From an uncultured Candidatus Rokubacteria bacterium (GTDB taxonomy: Bacteria > Methylomirabilota > Methylomirabilia > Rokubacteriales > DASRDR01), in the NCBI GenBank assembly GCA_963826115.1, contig CAWGVS010000006.1, positions 992,001-1,056,000 of the forward strand: a DNA stretch of 64,000 nt. The letters are read 5' to 3'. Both the position numbers and the translations under genes were made by a program. Position 1 is the stretch's first letter, and the number at the start of each line of letters is the position of its first letter. Of this stretch, positions 18,658 to 27,981 are shown one piece after another. Below the pieces are notes generated by a model. The model searched no databases. It saw only the letters and a list, made by a program, of their open reading frames with translations, and had not been told where the DNA came from.

Positions 18658-19350
18658 TCAGGGTTTACGGTCGGGACAGACCTGGAACGGTCCGTACTCG
18701 CCGACGGCTCGGCTCCGCGTCTGGTCGGCGTCCGTCAGGACCGCGATGCCCCGCGCCGGCGCCGGAGCCTCGCCGTAGAGCCGCTCGTAATCCCGCCGGG
18801 GGTTCACCGTCTCGGTGACCCAGCCGTCGTCGGGCGGAGGCCCCGAGCGCAGGACGATCGCGCGCGCCCGGCTGCTTCCGAACGTCGTGCCCACGGGCGC
18901 CACGCGGCTCCAGACGTACTTCACGGCGCGCGTGGCCATGGAGCTCGTGCCGAAGACCGCGTAGACCGACAGCGCGCTGTCGCTGCGGCCCGCGTCGCGC
19001 TCGTCCGAGTTGGCGGGGAAGACGCGGGGCCGCCAGCGCCAGCTCAGCAGCGGATGCGCGGCCGCGTCCCACGGGAACTCCCGGCCCATCTGGGAGCCGG
19101 TCCCCTCGGCCGTCGCCCGGACGAACCGGAGTCCGGCCTCGGCGGCCACCCGGTACGTCGCCCGGGCGGCGTCGTCCCGCGGCTGCCAGCCGGCGGGGAA
19201 CTCGCCGACCACCGAATCCTGATAGTCGGCGCCCACCCGGCAATCCGAGCCCGGGGGCGGCGCGCTCGGGGTCTGGGCGGCGGCGGCCGGCGAGAGCAGC
19301 CCGACCGCCAGGAGGACGATGGCGTGACCCGCCCGAGCCGGGCGGGTCAC
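18658..19350 (-). CDS. DUF3047-like secreted protein
   Basis: Signal peptide; LSWRWR, DSAL.VY..F, KYVWS, IAVLTDADQT. Confidence 0.8.
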   Translation of the reverse strand: MTRPARAGHAIVLLAVGLLSPAAAAQTPSAPPPGSDCRVGADYQDSVVGEFPAGWQPRDDAARATYRVAAEAGLRFVRATAEGTGSQMGREFPWDAAAHPLLSWRWRPRVFPANSDERDAGRSDSALSVYAVFGTSSMATRAVKYVWSRVAPVGTTFGSSRARAIVLRSGPPPDDGWVTETVNPRRDYERLYGEAPAPARGIAVLTDADQTRSRAVGEYGPFQVCPDRKP

Positions 19351-19357
19351 GAATCCA

Positions 19358-19792
19358 TCACTCGGACTCGACGGCGGCGGTGACGGCGGCGACTGAGCGC
19401 CGCGCCTCGAAGGACTGAGCCCGTTCCATCCGTTCCTGGCAGGGCCGGCATCGCTGGGCGAACGGCAGGCTGCGCAGCCGGGCCAGCCCGATGAAGTCGC
19501 CGCAGTCCCGGCAGAGCCCGTAGCGGCTGTCTCGGAGGAGATCGAGCGCCGCGTTCACCTGGACCAACTCGCGGCTGGCGCGATCGACGAGTGTGGCCCG
19601 GAGCTCGTCGTCGAGAGTCCGGCTGGCCGAGGCCACCTGATCGCTGTCGTCGGCCGCGTGCTGCTCGTGCCGCTCACCCAGTCCTCGGCGGATCAACCCG
19701 GCCAGGTCGGTCTGGCGGGACCGCAGGAACCGCCCGATCTCCTGGGCGGTCCGGCGGTCGAGGGCGTCGCGGCGCTTCACGGTCGTGCTCAT
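19358..19792 (-). CDS. TraR/DksA C4-type zinc-finger protein
   Basis: D..D.A coiled-coil tip (DDSDQVA), YGLCRDCG..I...RL...P.A.RCRPCQ; RBS GAGG. Confidence 0.88.
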   Translation of the reverse strand: MSTTVKRRDALDRRTAQEIGRFLRSRQTDLAGLIRRGLGERHEQHAADDSDQVASASRTLDDELRATLVDRASRELVQVNAALDLLRDSRYGLCRDCGDFIGLARLRSLPFAQRCRPCQERMERAQSFEARRSVAAVTAAVESE

Positions 19793-19853
19793 CGGCGTCA
19801 CCTCGATGCGCGGCAGCCTCGTGGGCCGCGGCGTGATTGGGTGACCGATGGCA

Positions 19854-19867
19854 GCAACGGTCGTGCC
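19854..19867 (-). promoter_or_regulatory. Putative sigma54 (-24/-12) promoter for the dksA-like gene
   Basis: Minus strand GGCACGACCGTTGC = GG-N10-GC, close to TGGCACG-N4-TTGC. Confidence 0.6.
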
Positions 19868-19957
19868 CGGACGGGTCCGAGACGTCGAAAGGTCTTTCGC
19901 TGCAAGAGTTTTCACATCGGGGCCGCCTCCGTGTCGGCCCGCCCAGAAGTGCCCGGT

Positions 19958-19974
19958 CGTGTAACCGTTACACG
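19958..19974. promoter_or_regulatory. Palindromic operator/upstream activating sequence
   Basis: CGTGTAAC-C-GTTACACG, perfect 8-bp arms about 90-105 bp upstream of the sigma54 motif. Confidence 0.55.
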
Positions 19975-20016
19975 CGCGAACGTGTAGGCGCTGCCGCGCG
20001 CGTGACGCCGTCGTCG

Positions 20017-21941
20017 TCATGGCCGCCGGACGGGCATGCAGAGGACGCGGTCTCCTGCCTGACCGGCGCTGATCGCCTGGTACTTGTCCCAGAACGCCTG
20101 GTCGACCAGTCGCATCTCCGGCGGAGTGTCGGCCGTCCGGTACCGGCGGTACCTCCGGGGGCCGCCGTGGTAGGCGGAGTACGACGCGCGGGCGGCGTCC
20201 GCGAGGCGCTCTCCCGCCTCGCGGACGCCGTAGCGTCCGAGGAGCTGCCACAGGATCTCCGTGCCGGCCCCGGCATTGTAGCCGGCGTTCCAGCGAAGCT
20301 TGACCGGGTTGAAGAAGCCGCGCCAGACGCGCACGTTGATCTGCATCATCCCGACGTCGCCGGTGGACGACTGGATGGGCTGGACCGTCCCGCGCTCCCG
20401 GACGAACTGGCGCCAGCAGCTCTCCTGCCAGGCCACGGCTTTCACGAGGTCCCGGAACAGGTCCTCGAAGCGATCGCCGATGACCTCCCCGTCGAACGAG
20501 CGCTCCGCGGCGAGGGCCAGCAGGCGCTCGACGATCTCCCGGTACGCGGCGAGCTCGTTCGGGGTCGGGACCCATCGATCCAGGCGCTCCGACAGCTCCC
20601 GCCACTCGTCGGGCTCGTCCGCGTGCGCCGGGCGGGGCGCGAGCCAGGGCGGGAGCCACGACCGCGGGGCGGCCGGGACCGGCTTCCGCCGGAGCCGGCG
20701 CGCCGGCCCGTCCGGATCCCGGAAGCGGAACAGCTCCTGGAGCTTGGGATCCGGCGCGTCGGAGAACTCCAGGGGATCGCCCTGGTATCCCGGGGCCAGG
20801 GTCCGCGCGAGGCGGCGGAGGCCGTCCGCCGAGAAGTCGAGGCCGGCGGCGGGCGCCACCGCCTCGATCGCGGTCAGGGCGTCGCCGGCCGCGACGAACA
20901 CGACGAGTCGGAGCGCGCGCGTGTCGTCGCCGCCCTTGGCGCCGGCGCGGCGCACGATCCCGCGGAGCCGGTCCCAGAACCGGAGGAAGAGGGGCCGTAC
21001 GGGATCCACGCCCACCTCCGGTCCCCGGGCAAGGACTGCCGTCACCTCGCGACGCGCCGTCAGCAGGAGGTCGAGGAGCTCGGTCCGCATCTCGGCGTCC
21101 GCGCCGCCAGCCAGGTCCTTCACCATGAACGCGAGGAACCCGTCCCAGCTGTCGAGGAGCGCCTCCCACGCCTGGATCTCCGCGCGGGTCAGCGCCCGCT
21201 CGGGCGCGGGCGCAACCGGGGGCGCCGGGGGCAGGTCGATGGACACGCGCAAGCGGACCGCGTCTGGCTCGAGCGCGAGCTCCCGCGGCCGGAGCGTCTG
21301 GAGCGCCGTGGCCAGGCTTCCGGTGGGGCTGCTGAACGACCGGAGGAGCCCCCGGACCTCCTCCACCGGCGGCCCGAGGTCGAAGCCGAAGGTCTCGAGC
21401 TCCGCGGCGCTCCAGTCCCGGACGACCGTCCAGAGCCGCGTGGCCACGGTCGCCGGCTGTCGGGCCGTGTCGTAGAGCCGGAAGTCGACGTCCCGGAAGC
21501 GGAGCTGCCAGTCGTGGCCGAGCTCGGGCCGCGCCACGATCTCCGCGTGGCCGGTCCAGCTGACGGACGCGAAGCACCACCCGAGAAGCGGGACCCCCGC
21601 CGTGGCCGAGGCGGGGCCGCTGATCCGGAGCCGTCCGTCGGCAGGCTCGAGGAGGGGATCGCGGACGACGAAGGTGCCGCACCCGTCGGGGGTCCGCCAG
21701 AGCTCGAGCGCGCCGCCGCTCTCCACCCCGATGTGCTTCTTGAGCGCGGTACGGAGGACGTCGTAGTCGATGGTCAACGGGAAGGTGACCTCGACTGCCG
21801 CGGCCGGCCCGGCCGCCAGCAGGGCCGCCAGCAGCCCGACGGCCCCGGCCGCTAGACGGAGCGCCCGCCCCCTGGACTCCGGGGTCTCCCCCGGCGCCGC
21901 TCGGGACGTGACGCCCGGCCGCCGCTCGTCGGTCGCCGCAT
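20017..21941 (-). CDS. Lytic transglycosylase (SLT-domain) protein; 5' end apparently frameshifted
   Basis: C-terminal AWQES, G.MQIN, YN..AG, AYHGG motifs; the in-frame signal peptide upstream of TTG 21777 has no start codon; the ATG at 21941 with RBS is in another frame. Confidence 0.75.
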
Positions 21942-22167
21942 CACTTCAACTCCAGCATACGCGACGCCCGCGCTTTTGGCCCTCATCACGTTCGGCCGAC
22001 GGGAGGTTTGCGCGCGCCTGTTGTCCGCGGCGGCGGCGCGTCGCGGTGCGGCGATGCCGCAAGCTTCGAGCGCCGCGCTCGCCGAGGTACAGTGGACCGG
22101 CCGTGGCGGGATTCGAGACCCGTGCGAGACCGGCGGCGCTTCCGTCGTCGGTCGGGAAGGACGGTAC

Positions 22168-22923
22168 ATGGCCTGGAAACATGGAGCGGACGAGCAATCG
22201 AGCGTTCGATTCGACGGAAACTTCCTGTGCCCCGGCGACCTCGTGGAATCGCCGAACCCCGACATGTCGCTGCAGGACGCGATCCTCACGCGACGGACGG
22301 TGCGGGCCTACCGGTCGGAGCCGGTGCCGCCGGAGCTGTTCGAGCAACTGGTCGAGGCCTCGATGCACGCGCCCACGGCCTGTGACGAGCAGCGCTGGAA
22401 GATCGTCTACATCGACGACCCGGCCGTGCTCCAGGACCTCTACGAGCGCGGCTCGGCCGCACTCCTGACCAAGGCCAGACAGGCCTTCCTCGTCACCTAC
22501 AACGGCCACACGGACAACGTGCAGTACTTGGACCACGTGCAGTCCGCCGCGGCGTTCATCACGACATTCTGTCTCGTGGCGCACAGCGTCGGAGTCGGCA
22601 CGTGCTGGATCGGTCACCTGCCCAACAAGAGCGAGCTGCGACGGATCTTCGGCATCCACCCGTTTTTCGAGCCGATCGCGCTCGTCACGTTCGGTTTCTA
22701 CCGCGAGAAGGTGAGGATACGGCCACGCAAGCGCTCCGCCCGGCAGGTGATCTTCAACGGCCGCTTCGTGCGCGACGGTCTCCAGTTCGCGACCTCGAAG
22801 AACGTGTCTGCGCGCAGGGTGGTGCGCACCCTGTACTATCTGTTGCCGCCGTTCATCCGGCGCCGGCTGCGCAGGTACAGCCTCAGGTACGAGAAGAAAT
22901 TCTACGATGAGGTCTATGACTGA
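22168..22923 (+). CDS. Nitroreductase family protein
   Basis: ILTRRTVRAY, APTAC.EQ.W, AHS.GVGTCWIG. Confidence 0.88.
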   Translation: MAWKHGADEQSSVRFDGNFLCPGDLVESPNPDMSLQDAILTRRTVRAYRSEPVPPELFEQLVEASMHAPTACDEQRWKIVYIDDPAVLQDLYERGSAALLTKARQAFLVTYNGHTDNVQYLDHVQSAAAFITTFCLVAHSVGVGTCWIGHLPNKSELRRIFGIHPFFEPIALVTFGFYREKVRIRPRKRSARQVIFNGRFVRDGLQFATSKNVSARRVVRTLYYLLPPFIRRRLRRYSLRYEKKFYDEVYD

Positions 22924-24460
22924 GACGGCCGTCGAACCGCTTCGCGCGTTGCTGGCCCGCGCTCTGCCGCGGCTGCTCACGCAGATGTGCCGGGACCCCG
23001 AGCATCCCCTCTACGGGTGCTTCGATCGGCACCACTGGCACTACAAGATGCGCGACTTCTCGAGCGCCGTGATGGTGCAGGGCGCGCTGGTGCTGGACTC
23101 GATCGCGCGCGGCGAGCTGAATCTTCCCGTGCCCGCGCTCGACCGCGCGATCGCAGCGGAATGGCGCGACGCGGCGCTCCGACACTGGGCCGGGACGCAG
23201 CGCGCGGACGGGAGCTCCGACGAGTACTACCCCAGGGAGGCGGCTTTTCCGGCCGCCGGCTTCAGCCTGTACGCCGCAGCGGTCATTGCCCAGCGTACGC
23301 CCCCGCCGGACGAGGTCGCGCGCGCGATGGAGAAGGCAGCGGCGCGGATCCTGCGCTCGGCCGAGACCGAGGCGGTGAACCAGGAAGTCGTCGCGCTCAC
23401 CGCGTGCTCGCTCGCCGCGCGGGCCGGCGTGCGGGTCGACGCGGCCGCACTCGAGCGGCGTTGGGCGGCCGTGTATGCCGGGCAGTCGCCCGAGGGCTGG
23501 TTCCTGGAGTACGGGGGGGCGGACACCGGATACCTGGCCGTGGCCTGCGACGCCCTGTGGGACTCCTGGGAGGTCACGCGCGACGAGCGAGCGCGTGAGG
23601 CCGGTGTGCGCGCGGGGAGGTACATCCACGCCCTGCTCGGGGCGGCGGGCGACGTGCCCCGCTTCGTGAACTCACGCAGCACGGACTACCTCACGGGCTA
23701 CGGGCTCACGCGGTTCGCCGCGCTGGCGCCCGAGGCCTCCACGGTCGTGCGCGCCACGCTGGCCTCCGTGTCGGAGCCCCGCCACTTCCTGCACCACGTC
23801 GACGACCGCTACGTCACGCACTACCTCCACACGAGCTGGTTCCGGGCGCTGCCCCATCTCGCGGCGATGGGGCCGGCCGCCGAGCCGTCACGGGAGACGC
23901 GGTGGTTCGCCCACGCGCGCGTCCTGGTCTCCCACACGGGCGACGCGAGCCTGTACGTGGCTGCCGGGAAGGGGGGCACGGTGGTTCGCGTGGCGCGCGA
24001 CGGAGCCACCGAGTTCGATCAGGGCTGGCGGGGCGAGGTCGCGGGTCGGATCACGACCACCTGCTGGCAGGAGCCGGAAACGCGCGTCGAGGCGCGGCGG
24101 GACGGCGACGCGTGGGTGATCACCCTCGACATGCCGCTCCGAAGACACGGCTACGTGGTGCCCACCCCGACAAAGCGCCTGGCCCTGCTCGCCGGCGGCT
24201 TCGTGGCCGGCCGGCGACTCGTCCCGCTCCTCAAGCGGCGGCTCATCTTCCGTCGGGCGGCCAACGGCGCGCGCTTCTCGCGCACGGTGCGGGTCGTCGG
24301 TGACGAGACCTGGATCGCCGACGCCTTCCACGGAAGACCGCTCGAGCGGCGCCGTCGCGAGGGCGCTTACTCCCTCCGGCACGTGAGCTCGAGCGGAGGG
24401 TTTGCGTTCGTGGAGCTCTCCCCGAGGCCGACGCGTCCCCACCTGCACTCCTCGGAATGA
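22916..24460 (+). CDS. Hypothetical protein with N-terminal alpha/alpha-barrel-like region
   Basis: YGCFDR.HWHYK..DF, Q..DGS.DEYYP, Q..EGWF.EY.G.D.GY repeats; overlaps the nitroreductase stop. Confidence 0.7.
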   Translation: MTETAVEPLRALLARALPRLLTQMCRDPEHPLYGCFDRHHWHYKMRDFSSAVMVQGALVLDSIARGELNLPVPALDRAIAAEWRDAALRHWAGTQRADGSSDEYYPREAAFPAAGFSLYAAAVIAQRTPPPDEVARAMEKAAARILRSAETEAVNQEVVALTACSLAARAGVRVDAAALERRWAAVYAGQSPEGWFLEYGGADTGYLAVACDALWDSWEVTRDERAREAGVRAGRYIHALLGAAGDVPRFVNSRSTDYLTGYGLTRFAALAPEASTVVRATLASVSEPRHFLHHVDDRYVTHYLHTSWFRALPHLAAMGPAAEPSRETRWFAHARVLVSHTGDASLYVAAGKGGTVVRVARDGATEFDQGWRGEVAGRITTTCWQEPETRVEARRDGDAWVITLDMPLRRHGYVVPTPTKRLALLAGGFVAGRRLVPLLKRRLIFRRAANGARFSRTVRVVGDETWIADAFHGRPLERRRREGAYSLRHVSSSGGFAFVELSPRPTRPHLHSSE

Positions 24461-24623
24461 CGCGAATCGCGGGCGGCCTCGTGCCGTCCCGGCCCTTTCC
24501 GTGCGCGGGCGTCGCCCTAACGGGTGAGCGGCCTGCCCGTCCACGAATAGTGCCGCCGCGTATGCGAACCGATACACTGCGGGCGTGTCGGGCGGCGGAT
24601 GGCCCAGTCGTGTGGGGTGGCCG

Positions 24624-25094
24624 ATGCGCGCGGCGCTGGCCGTCGCGGCGCTCACCTTGGGTGTCTCCTCGGCGTGCGCAGAGGAGTTCAGCGGGCTGGT
24701 CGTCGGCGTCGCGGACGGCGACACGATCTCGGTGCTCCGCGATCACCGGGCGGTGACCGTCCGCCTGGCGGGCATCGACGCCCCCGAGAAGGCCCAGGCG
24801 TTTGGCCAGCGGGCCAAGCAGTTCGCGGCCTCGCTCGCGTTCGGGAAGACGGTCACCGTCCACGTGATCGGGCGGGACCGCTACCTCAGGCTCCTCGGCG
24901 AGGTGGCCCTGCCGGACGGGCGCAGCCTCAACCAGGAGCTGGTGCGCGCCGGCTTCGCGTGGTGGTTCCGGAAATACTCCCACGACCAGTGGCTCGCGCA
25001 CCTGGAGGCGGAGGCGCGGGAGGGGCGGCGCGGCCTCTGGGCGGATCCCGCTCCCGAGCCGCCCTGGGACTACCGCAGCCGCCGCGCGTCCTAG
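24624..25094 (+). CDS. Thermonuclease (SNase) family secreted nuclease
   Basis: V.DGDT, VRL.GIDAPE, DRY.R.L, AR...RGLW. Confidence 0.93.
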   Translation: MRAALAVAALTLGVSSACAEEFSGLVVGVADGDTISVLRDHRAVTVRLAGIDAPEKAQAFGQRAKQFAASLAFGKTVTVHVIGRDRYLRLLGEVALPDGRSLNQELVRAGFAWWFRKYSHDQWLAHLEAEAREGRRGLWADPAPEPPWDYRSRRAS

Positions 25095-25191
25095 GCGATC
25101 CCGCTCGTTCGACTGGATCCGCGCGAGGCCGTCGCGCCTGGCCAACGGTCCCTCGAGGCGTTAGACTCTGCTCGGGAGAGGGTCGAGGAGC

Positions 25192-25866
25192 ATGAGGAGC
25201 CGGACGAGCGTCCTGGCGCGGTGCGTGGCGCTTGCCGTGACGCTGGTGCCCGTGGCGTCTCTCGCGGGCGGGCGACCCGTACCGCCGACGCCCGGCGCCT
25301 TCCGGGCCCACGCCGACTTCCGCCCTAAGCACGCGTTCGGGTCGCCCGGAGGATTCCCGCTCCCCATCGGGGACGACCGACGCGCCCAGGTAACCGCCCC
25401 GCACTGGGGGAAGCTCGCTCATCGCGGCGTCGTCCCCGCGTTCCCCCCCACCTACTTCTACTGGCCGACCGCGCTCTACGGGGCGCCCGCGGAGACGCCC
25501 GCGCCGTCCATGATCGTGGAGCCCGTGGTCTACGTGGCGCCCACCATCTACGTCACGGTGCCGCCCGCGCCCGTACCGGCGCCTCCGGTCGTCTCGGCCC
25601 CGCCGGCCCCCGGGCCCACCGTGGTGGAGTACGCGACGGGTCGCTACGAGCTCAGAGGGGACGGAGCGGCCACTCCGTACACGTGGGTCTGGGTGCCCAA
25701 CCCGCCCGCAGGGCCTCCCGCCGCGCGCGCCGAGTCCCCGGCGTCGCACGCCTCATCGGAAGGTCGCACGCAGATCTACCGGTGGACGGCCGAGGACGGC
25801 GCCGAGGTCTGGACGAATCGCGACGGCCGTGCGGGCCGGCCCGCGGCCCCCGCGCCGCCGAGCTGA
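25192..25866 (+). CDS. Secreted Pro-rich hypothetical protein with DUF4124-like tail
   Basis: Signal peptide; GRYELRGDG...PYTWVWVP; IYRWT.EDG..VWTN. Confidence 0.65.
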   Translation: MRSRTSVLARCVALAVTLVPVASLAGGRPVPPTPGAFRAHADFRPKHAFGSPGGFPLPIGDDRRAQVTAPHWGKLAHRGVVPAFPPTYFYWPTALYGAPAETPAPSMIVEPVVYVAPTIYVTVPPAPVPAPPVVSAPPAPGPTVVEYATGRYELRGDGAATPYTWVWVPNPPAGPPAARAESPASHASSEGRTQIYRWTAEDGAEVWTNRDGRAGRPAAPAPPS

Positions 25867-25885
25867 CCGAGGCCGCTCGGCGCCT

Positions 25886-27097
25886 TCAGGCCTGGCGGGG
25901 CGCCGGCGAGGTCGTGCGGGCGGCGATCTCCGCGGCGACGATCGCCGCCGTGGCCAGGGCGAGCAGGGGACCCGCCGTCACGAGAATCGCGGTCCACCCG
26001 TGACGGTGCAGGAGTTGCCCCGAGGACAGCGAGGTCACCGCGACCGTCGCCCAGATCATGAAGTCGTTCGCCGCCTGGGCCTTCGTCCGCTCGCTCGACG
26101 TGTAGGTGCGAGTCACGAGCGTGGAGCCGCCGACGAACATCAGGTTCCAGCCCACGCCGACCAGGAGGAGCGACAGCCAGAAGTGCCACACGCTCGTCCC
26201 GGCGAAGCCGGTCGCCAGGCTCGCCACGTTGGCGACGATGCCGATCCCGATCGTCGCGCGCTCGCCGATCCGCTGGATGAGGGAGCCGGTGAAGAACCCC
26301 GGCAGGAACATGCCGACCAGGTGCCACTGGATCACGAACGCGGCGTCCGAGAGGCCGTGGCCGTGGTGGGCGACCATGGCGAGCGGCGTGCCGGTCATGA
26401 GGAGGTTCATCACGCCGTAGCCCACGAGCTCGCTGGCGACGGCCACCAGGAAGAGCGGCTGTCGCACGATCGCGACGACGGGGCGCGCCGCGCCGCCGGC
26501 CCGGGACTCCGCGGCCTCCGGCAAGCGGAGCCCGTACGTGAGGGCGAGGCCGACCAGGCCGAGCAGCGGGATGCAGAGGAACGCTCCGACGAACCGCGTG
26601 CCGAGGAGATCGGCGGTCGATCTGGCGAGCTGCGGTCCCACGAAGCCCGCGAGGAGGCCGCCCGCCAGGACGAGGGAGATGGCGCGCCCCCGCCGATCGG
26701 GCGTCACGGCTTCGGCGGCCGCGAAGCGGTAGAGCTGGGCGAACGCCGACGCGATGCCCATCAGGAGGCCGCCGCCGATCAAGAGCCAGAAGCTCTGGAT
26801 GATGACGGCCCACGCCCCGACCAGGCCACCGGCCATCGTGAAGCCGCTCCCGACCATGAACCCGACCCGGCGTCCCACGCGGCGCATGACGAGCGAGGCC
26901 GGGATCGTGCCGAGCGCGGTCCCGATCGTGAGCGCGGTCGCCGGAAGGGTCGCGAGCGCCTTGTCCGCCGCGAGGGCGTGCCCCGCGAGGGTGCCGATCG
27001 TGGCCATCAACGCCGCGGTGCTGATGAAGGCGGCCTGACACAGCGCGAGCAGGAGGACGTTCCGGTGGCTCCGTTCCACGAGCGTCTCTTGTACCAC
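25886..27097 (-). CDS. MFS transporter
   Basis: About 12 TM; RVGRR motif A, YRFAA, RAIS.VL.GG; start may be GTG 27079. Confidence 0.92.
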   Translation of the reverse strand: MVQETLVERSHRNVLLLALCQAAFISTAALMATIGTLAGHALAADKALATLPATALTIGTALGTIPASLVMRRVGRRVGFMVGSGFTMAGGLVGAWAVIIQSFWLLIGGGLLMGIASAFAQLYRFAAAEAVTPDRRGRAISLVLAGGLLAGFVGPQLARSTADLLGTRFVGAFLCIPLLGLVGLALTYGLRLPEAAESRAGGAARPVVAIVRQPLFLVAVASELVGYGVMNLLMTGTPLAMVAHHGHGLSDAAFVIQWHLVGMFLPGFFTGSLIQRIGERATIGIGIVANVASLATGFAGTSVWHFWLSLLLVGVGWNLMFVGGSTLVTRTYTSSERTKAQAANDFMIWATVAVTSLSSGQLLHRHGWTAILVTAGPLLALATAAIVAAEIAARTTSPAPRQA

Positions 27098-27192
27098 AGG
27101 TGGGCGCGCGCCGCCGGGCCGGGCGCTCGCGGTATGATCGGCGTCGGGCGGCGGCGCGCTGGCGCGCCGGCCACGCGGAAGAGGAGGGCAGG

Positions 27193-27981
27193 GTGACGAC
27201 AGGCGTCGCGGGAGAGATCCTGCTGGAGCGCGAGGGGCGCGTGGCGCTCCTCACGGTCAGCCGCGCCGAGGCGCGGAATGCCATGACGTTCGAGATGTAC
27301 GAGGCGCTGCACGACCACATGGAGCGGCTCGACGCCGACGGCGACATCCGGGCCGTCATTCTGCGGGGCGCGGGCGACAAGGCCTTCGTCAGCGGCACCG
27401 ACATCCGGCAGTTCCTCGAGTTCCGGACGCGGGAGCACGCCCTCGCGTACGAGGCGCGGATCGGCCGCGTGCTCCGGCGGATCCACGCGATGACGAAGCC
27501 GACGATCGCGATGGTGCAGGGGGACGCCGTGGGCGGGGGGCTCTTCATGTCGCTCGCGTGCGATCTGCGCCTGGCGGCCGTCCACGCGCGCTTCGGGGCG
27601 CCCGTTGCCCGCACCCTCGGGAACTGCCCGGCGCCGACGAGCGTGGCGCTCCTCGCGGCCACCGTCGGACCCATCCGGGCGCGGGAGCTCATGCTCACCG
27701 CGAGGCTCGTCGACGCGCCGGAGGCGAAGGGCATCGGGCTCGTCGACGAGGTCCACCCCGCCGACGCGCTCGAGCGGCGGGCGCGCGAGCTCGCCGCCCA
27801 GATCGCGACCTACGCCCCGCTCACCCTCGCCGCGGCCAAGGAGGCCACGCGCCGCATCCTCGGGTCGTTCGCCGTGAAGGATGCGGAGGACCTCCTGCTC
27901 TCCTGCTACCTGAGCGAGGACTTCCAGGAGGGCGTCCGGGCCTTTCTCGAGAAGCGGCGCCCGGAGTGGAAGGGCCGCTGA
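27193..27981 (+). CDS. Enoyl-CoA hydratase/isomerase family protein
   Basis: AFVSGTDI, KPTIA...G.AVGGG, SEDFQEGV.AFLEKR.P.W. Confidence 0.93.
   Translation: MTTGVAGEILLEREGRVALLTVSRAEARNAMTFEMYEALHDHMERLDADGDIRAVILRGAGDKAFVSGTDIRQFLEFRTREHALAYEARIGRVLRRIHAMTKPTIAMVQGDAVGGGLFMSLACDLRLAAVHARFGAPVARTLGNCPAPTSVALLAATVGPIRARELMLTARLVDAPEAKGIGLVDEVHPADALERRARELAAQIATYAPLTLAAAKEATRRILGSFAVKDAEDLLLSCYLSEDFQEGVRAFLEKRRPEWKGR

Noticed and set aside
24624-25094. Thermonuclease as a mobile-element or defence marker
   Set aside because: A standalone secreted SNase with no integrase, transposase or defence genes adjacent.
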